Positions 59,202-64,000 of a DNA stretch of 64,000 nt are shown here, piece after piece. How positions within the stretch are numbered: the first letter of the stretch is position 1; each line of letters opens with the position of its first letter. The translations under genes were made by a program, and so were the position numbers. The notes beneath the pieces were generated by a model that made no database searches, was not told the DNA's origin, and worked only from the letters and a program-made list of their open reading frames with translations. Origin of the DNA: Alkalispirochaeta sp. (GTDB taxonomy: Bacteria; Spirochaetota; Spirochaetia; DSM-27196; Alkalispirochaetaceae); the NCBI GenBank assembly GCA_965601925.1, contig OZ271854.1:1664001-1728000 (forward strand), read 5' to 3'.

Positions 59202-60547
59202 TGGCCGTAGACGCAGGACCGACGACGCCGGCGCGGAACGGAGCCGCGGTGTCCGTCGAACGGACCATGCCGCCCAGCATCGTGCACGACCCGACATCGG
59301 CCGCCGAGGGCGCGCGAAAGATCGAGTGGGTGCGACGTAACATGCCGATCCTCCGCGCCTTGGAGGATCGATTTGCCCGCGAGAAGGTGTTTGAGGGCAT
59401 TCGCGCCGCCGTAAGCGTTCATCTGGAGGCCAAGACCGCGTATTTGGCCCTCGTTCTCGCCGCCGGAGGAGCTCACGTCTCCGTAACGGGAAGCAACCCC
59501 CTCTCGACCAAAGACGACGTCGTCGCCGCCCTCGCCGAGCGCGGCCTTCACGTCTACGCGCGCCACGGGGCGACGCGAGAGGAGTTTGAAGCGCATCAAA
59601 TCGCGGCGCTGTCGATCGAGCCGCACGTCGTGATCGACGACGGTGGCGACTTGGTATATCATCTACACGAGAAGGCCGCGCAGTACGGCGGCTCCGTCAT
59701 GGGGGCGTGCGAGGAGACGACCGCGGGAGTGCTCCGTAACCGCGCGCGGGAGAGGGCCGGCAAGTTGCGCTTTCCGGTCATCGCGGTTAACGATGCGCTC
59801 ATGAAGCACATGTTCGACAACCGCTACGGGACGGGGCAGAGCACGATGGACGCGCTCATGCGTACTACCAATTTGGTCGTGACCGGAAAGACGGTCGTGG
59901 TCGTCGGGTACGGATGGTGCGGCCGCGGCATTGCCGAGCGTGCCCGCGGTATGGGTGCCCACGTCGTGGTGTGCGAGGTGGACGATGTGAAAGCGTTGGA
60001 GGCGGTCATGGACGGTTACCGCGTGGTGCCGATGGCCACCGCCGCCGACAGCGGCGATTTCTTCGTCACGTGTACGGGTGTGCGTGACGTCATCACCATT
60101 CAGCACATTGCGAGTATGAAAGACGGCGCGATTCTCGCAAACGCGGGACACTTCTACGATGAGATCGACCTCGACGCCCTCCGCACCGAGGCGATTGAGT
60201 CCGTCGAGGTGCGGGAGAATCTGCAAGCGTATCGCCTGAAAGACGGGCGTTGGATAAACGTGATCGCCGACGGAAAGATCGTCAACATTTCGGCCGCCGA
60301 CGGCCACCCCGCCGAGATCATGGACACCAGCTTCGCCGTACAAGCCTTGAGTGCCGAGTATGTGGTCGGCAGCGGCGCGCGGCCCGACGATTCCTCCGGT
60401 GCGTCAGGCACGCTTCCCTCCGCGATCATCCCCGTCCCACGGGAGATCGACAGCCGCGTTGCGCGTCTCAAGCTCGCGGCGTTGGGAGTGACGCACGATC
60501 GCCTTACCCCGGCGCAGGAGGCGTATCTCGCCGACTTTGAGAAATGA
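59201..60547 (+). CDS. ahcY: Adenosylhomocysteinase family hydrolase (HxExK subtype)
   Basis: 'VHLEAKT', 'GSNPLST', 'IDDGGD', 'EETTAG', 'KHMFDNRYGTGQS', 'GYGWCGRG', 'NAGHF', 'GHPAEIMD.SF'. TAATG overlap with punA. Confidence 0.93.
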   Translation: MAVDAGPTTPARNGAAVSVERTMPPSIVHDPTSAAEGARKIEWVRRNMPILRALEDRFAREKVFEGIRAAVSVHLEAKTAYLALVLAAGGAHVSVTGSNPLSTKDDVVAALAERGLHVYARHGATREEFEAHQIAALSIEPHVVIDDGGDLVYHLHEKAAQYGGSVMGACEETTAGVLRNRARERAGKLRFPVIAVNDALMKHMFDNRYGTGQSTMDALMRTTNLVVTGKTVVVVGYGWCGRGIAERARGMGAHVVVCEVDDVKALEAVMDGYRVVPMATAADSGDFFVTCTGVRDVITIQHIASMKDGAILANAGHFYDEIDLDALRTEAIESVEVRENLQAYRLKDGRWINVIADGKIVNISAADGHPAEIMDTSFAVQALSAEYVVGSGARPDDSSGASGTLPSAIIPVPREIDSRVARLKLAALGVTHDRLTPAQEAYLADFEK

Positions 60548-60703
60548 TAGGGCGGACTGGCCGGAGAAGCGCCCGCGTGAGAACGCCGGTTCGAATCGAC
60601 GACGATGCGGCCGATACGTTACAAAATTGTAATCCGCTTGTAAGAAATCGGTAATTCGGTGTAGGTAATGCTCCCAGATACAACACTAGATCGCGAGGGT
60701 TCG

Positions 60704-61678
60704 ATGGTTCATTTTGACTCAGTAGGGAAGGACTACGGCGACGTAACGGCGCTGCAGAATGTGACCTTTTCGATTCCGAAAGGGGGCATCGTCGGGTTGT
60801 TGGGGCCGAACGGCGCCGGCAAAACGACGACGATGCGTATCATGACAGGCTTCATGGAGCCGACGCGGGGTGAGGTGCAGATTGCAGATCGACCGTTCTC
60901 CCCCGACTCGGTCGAGTTGAAGCGCCGAATTGGATATCTCCCGGAGTCGGCGCCGATGTACGGCGACATGCTGGCGTGGGATTATCTTGCCTATGAGGCG
61001 CGCCTGCACGGGGTCGATACCGGTTCGCGCGTACCGGATGTCATTCAAGAAGTGGGGCTCGGCTCACATGCGCACAAGCCGATTCGGGAGCTCTCAAAAG
61101 GGTATCGTCAGCGCGTGGGGTTGGCACACACCTTGTTGCACGACCCCGAGTTGCTCGTCCTCGACGAACCGACCAACGGCCTCGATCCGAACCAGATCGT
61201 GGAGGTTCGCGGCCTCATCCGACGGATCGCCGAGACGAAGACGGTCATTCTTTCGACGCATATCATGCAAGAGGTCGAGGCGCTGTGCGAGCGCGTCATC
61301 GTCATTCATAACGGCGCTATACGGTACGACGGCTCGATTCAGGCCTTTTCGCCCTCGGTGCAGGCCGTGCGGTTGACGGTGCACGGTATCGACTTTTCCG
61401 ATCTGGATACACGGCTGCGCACCATTCCCGGCTTTCGAAACGTGGAACGCGCCGACGATTCGCCGGCCGGCGCGAACGGTATCGACGGTCGACTTCTGTC
61501 GGTAACGGTGTACGCCGATCCGGGTGACGATCCGCGGCCGCATATCTTTCGTCTCGCCGCGGGCGAGGGCAACTTCACCATTTATGAGATGGTTCAGGAG
61601 CGTACCTCGGTTGAGGCTCTCTTTCGAGAGCTTACTCGTGATGAGAGCGACGGCGCCGACGACGGGGGTGAAGCATGA
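60704..61678 (+). CDS. ABC transporter ATP-binding protein, GldA-like
   Basis: ATG at 60704 (or 60668). 'GPNGAGKTT', 'IGYLPE..P.Y', 'LSKGYRQRVGLA', 'LDEPTNGLDPNQI'. Confidence 0.92.
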   Translation: MVHFDSVGKDYGDVTALQNVTFSIPKGGIVGLLGPNGAGKTTTMRIMTGFMEPTRGEVQIADRPFSPDSVELKRRIGYLPESAPMYGDMLAWDYLAYEARLHGVDTGSRVPDVIQEVGLGSHAHKPIRELSKGYRQRVGLAHTLLHDPELLVLDEPTNGLDPNQIVEVRGLIRRIAETKTVILSTHIMQEVEALCERVIVIHNGAIRYDGSIQAFSPSVQAVRLTVHGIDFSDLDTRLRTIPGFRNVERADDSPAGANGIDGRLLSVTVYADPGDDPRPHIFRLAAGEGNFTIYEMVQERTSVEALFRELTRDESDGADDGGEA

Positions 61679-62406
61679 TCGGTGGAATCGAATCGCGTAG
61701 GATCAAAGCGATGGTGGCGCTCTTTCGACGCGAGCTCGCCTCCTTCTTTCAGACGCCGGTGGCGTATGTGGTCGGCGTGCTCTTTCTGGCCATTACGGCG
61801 GTGCTCTTCTTCTCCGTCTTTTTTCTCTTCGATCGCGCGGAGATGCGCCAGTTCTTCAGCATTCTTCCGCCCCTCTTGGCGCTTCTTATGCCGGCGCTTT
61901 CGATGAGACTGGTTGCCGAGGAGCGACGGCGCGGTACGTGGGAGATACTGAGTACCCTCCCGTTCAAAAACGGCGATATCGTGGTTGCGAAGTTCGCTGC
62001 GGTATGGGTCACGGGCCTTTTTCTGCTCCTTCCGACGGTCATATTCGTCTTTACCGTCGCCGCGTTCGGACGCCTCGACGGCGGCCCCGTGCTGGGCGGT
62101 TACCTCGGTGCGACGCTACTGGTGGCGGCCTACTCCGCCATCGGAGTGTTCGCCTCCAGCGTCGCACGCAACGAGATTGTCGCGCTCATCTTGGGCTGGG
62201 TCATCGCGCTTTTTCTGGCCCTCCTGGAAGGCTTTCTCGTGCTGATTCCCGCCGCGCTGGTTCCGCTGTTCGAGTTTCTCAGCGTCGGATATCACTTTAA
62301 CGGCTTCTCTCGCGGGCTTCTCGATTCACGCTCGATCGTCTATCTCGTAACCGTAACGATCGGGTTTTTGACGCTCGCTCGATATCGCTTGGATCGACTG
62401 CGATAG
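61675..62406 (+). CDS. ABC-2 type permease, GldF-like
   Basis: 'RRELASFFQTPVAY', 'MRLVAEERRRGTWEIL.TLP', 'GFSRGLLDSR'. Confidence 0.9.
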   Translation: MIGGIESRRIKAMVALFRRELASFFQTPVAYVVGVLFLAITAVLFFSVFFLFDRAEMRQFFSILPPLLALLMPALSMRLVAEERRRGTWEILSTLPFKNGDIVVAKFAAVWVTGLFLLLPTVIFVFTVAAFGRLDGGPVLGGYLGATLLVAAYSAIGVFASSVARNEIVALILGWVIALFLALLEGFLVLIPAALVPLFEFLSVGYHFNGFSRGLLDSRSIVYLVTVTIGFLTLARYRLDRLR

Positions 62407-62417
62407 GAAGGAACGGT

Positions 62418-64000
62418 ATGCATCGAAAACACCTCTTTGATCGCATCAACGTCGTATTGGTTCTCGCAATACTCGTGCTGCTGAATTTCGTAAGCGGAAA
62501 CAGCTACCTGCGGCTCGATCTCACCCGCGACAACGCCTACAGTCTGTCGCGCATCAGTAGCGAGACGTTGGCTCTGCTGGAAGACCCGCTGCGCGTCCGA
62601 GTGCTGTACACCGCCGAAGTGCCTGCACCCTACAATGGTGTGCGCCAATATCTCATAGATATGTTGCGCGAGTTCGACGCCGCCGAGGACGAGTTTTTCA
62701 GCTTCGAAATCATCGATCCTTCCACGCCGGAGGGTCGGCTCGAGGCGCAACAGTACGGATTGCAGCAAGTCGAGATACAGGAGATTCGCTCGGACGAGTT
62801 TCAGGCGCGCGCCATATATACCGGAGCGGTCGTCCTGTACGGCAACGTCGTGGAGCGTGTCGATCTGCTCGACCGGACCGACGGGTTGGAGTACCGTCTT
62901 ACGACCGCCATTCGCTCCGCCGTCACCCAAGTCGATGCCCTTTCGGGTACGAGCGAGGAGGTCTCTCTCCAGGTATTCGCCTCTCCCGGACTGGAAGAGC
63001 TCGGTATCCAGGGGTTTGCCGAGCTGGAGACGCAGATGATCGCGATCCACGATCGGATCAACGGCGACAATTACGACAGAATCGAATTCGCCTACGTTGA
63101 GCCGGCGACCCCGGATGAGATCGATGCGCTCGGCCGGGAGTACGATCTCCAACCACTGCGCTGGACCGGTCGCGACGGTAGCGAGCAACGCGGCCTTTTC
63201 GAAGTCGTCCTACGGTATCGAGATCGCATCGAAAGAATTCCGATCCAGATTTTCACCGGGCTCTTTGGCGGATACTCGCTGGACGATCCGGCCAACATCG
63301 AGGAGTCGATTCGTCAAGGATTGCGATCTCTCGTCGCGGCCAATCCTCGCGTCGCCTACAGCGTTGGAAACGGGGAGAAGCGCCTCGACGACTTTCAACG
63401 CGGGGCCGGGCCATTCGCGCTGCTTGCCGAGGAGCGTTACGAGCTCGTACCGGTGAATCTCGCCGAGGAAGCGGTGCCCGCAGGGATAGATACCTTGATC
63501 ATCAACGGACCTACCGGTCTCTACGACGAGATCACGCTCTACAGAATCGATCAATTCGTCATGAACGGCGGATCGCTTTTCGTCCTCTTGGATCGCCACG
63601 TGCAAGAGATTCCGACGCAACAGGAGATGTTCGCCGGAGCGCAGCCGACGTGGGAGCCGATCGAAACGGGTCTGGAGACGCTCTTGAGCCATTGGGGTGC
63701 CGACGTCACCGACCGAATCGTCTTAGACGAGGAGAGTTTTGTATCGCGCCAGGGTAACCAGCAGCAGCAACTCTTTCAGGTGCCGATCATCAGTGGCGAG
63801 GGTGTCAATCTTGACTCGGTAGTTACGTCCGGGCTCGAAGACGTGATCGTCCTCAACGCGGCGGAGATCCTTCCGAGTCGCCGATCGAGCGACGGAGCGA
63901 ACGGCGGCGCCGGTGAACCGACTCTTGAAAACGCCGACGAAACGGCGGGAACGACGTATAACGCGCTCCTGCAAACATCACCTGCGAGTTGGACGGTCGA
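62418..64000 (+). CDS. GldG-like ABC transporter auxiliary component, 3'-truncated by window edge
   Basis: Missing from the ORF track because it has no stop in the window. ATG 62418 after GGAAGGA reads MHRKHLFDRINVVLVLAILVLLNFVSGNSYLRLDLTRDNAYSLS, later 'LEYRLTTAI', 'VAYSVGNGE', 'IDQFVMNGG'. Confidence 0.88.
   Translation, partial: MHRKHLFDRINVVLVLAILVLLNFVSGNSYLRLDLTRDNAYSLSRISSETLALLEDPLRVRVLYTAEVPAPYNGVRQYLIDMLREFDAAEDEFFSFEIIDPSTPEGRLEAQQYGLQQVEIQEIRSDEFQARAIYTGAVVLYGNVVERVDLLDRTDGLEYRLTTAIRSAVTQVDALSGTSEEVSLQVFASPGLEELGIQGFAELETQMIAIHDRINGDNYDRIEFAYVEPATPDEIDALGREYDLQPLRWTGRDGSEQRGLFEVVLRYRDRIERIPIQIFTGLFGGYSLDDPANIEESIRQGLRSLVAANPRVAYSVGNGEKRLDDFQRGAGPFALLAEERYELVPVNLAEEAVPAGIDTLIINGPTGLYDEITLYRIDQFVMNGGSLFVLLDRHVQEIPTQQEMFAGAQPTWEPIETGLETLLSHWGADVTDRIVLDEESFVSRQGNQQQQLFQVPIISGEGVNLDSVVTSGLEDVIVLNAAEILPSRRSSDGANGGAGEPTLENADETAGTTYNALLQTSPASWTV

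Overview
Bacterial window. The protein style (signal peptide ending VFA-GGQxE, BMP/PnrA-type binding protein, Wzz C-terminus, acidic periplasmic proteins) suggests a free-living spirochaete (Spirochaetaceae-like); this is inference only. About 1-53 kb is a large mosaic surface-glycan region in four parts. (i) A lower-GC + strand Wzx/Wzy-type operon (1-22.1 kb) with wzx, a possible GT-C protein, a wzy/waaL-family gene, a bi-domain oxidoreductase, wecC/wecB, an asnB-type amidotransferase, a second 2-epimerase, GNAT, LegC-type aminotransferase, 4,6-dehydratase and an initiating sugar transferase. (ii) A convergent wzz-like gene and a five-gene LolCDE/LolA-like ABC plus outer-membrane barrel module (22.4-29.3 kb). 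(iii) A second glycan block (29.3-49.1 kb) with two Wzi-like barrels, a second wzx, a second asnB, a methyltransferase, a P-loop kinase-like protein and many GT4s. (iv) cysQ-cysD-cysNC (PAPS supply). The GC-rich 53-64 kb part holds a nucleoside ABC importer, punA, an ahcY-family hydrolase with an HxExK (S-inosylhomocysteine-type) signature, and a GldA/F/G-like ABC system cut by the window end. I saw no rRNA, tRNA, CRISPR array or transposase. Best leads: the Lol-like export module inside the glycan locus, PAPS synthesis with no recognisable sulfotransferase but an orphan P-loop enzyme, and the probable SIH-hydrolase/PNP salvage unit. All assignments come from motif recognition by eye, without database searches.
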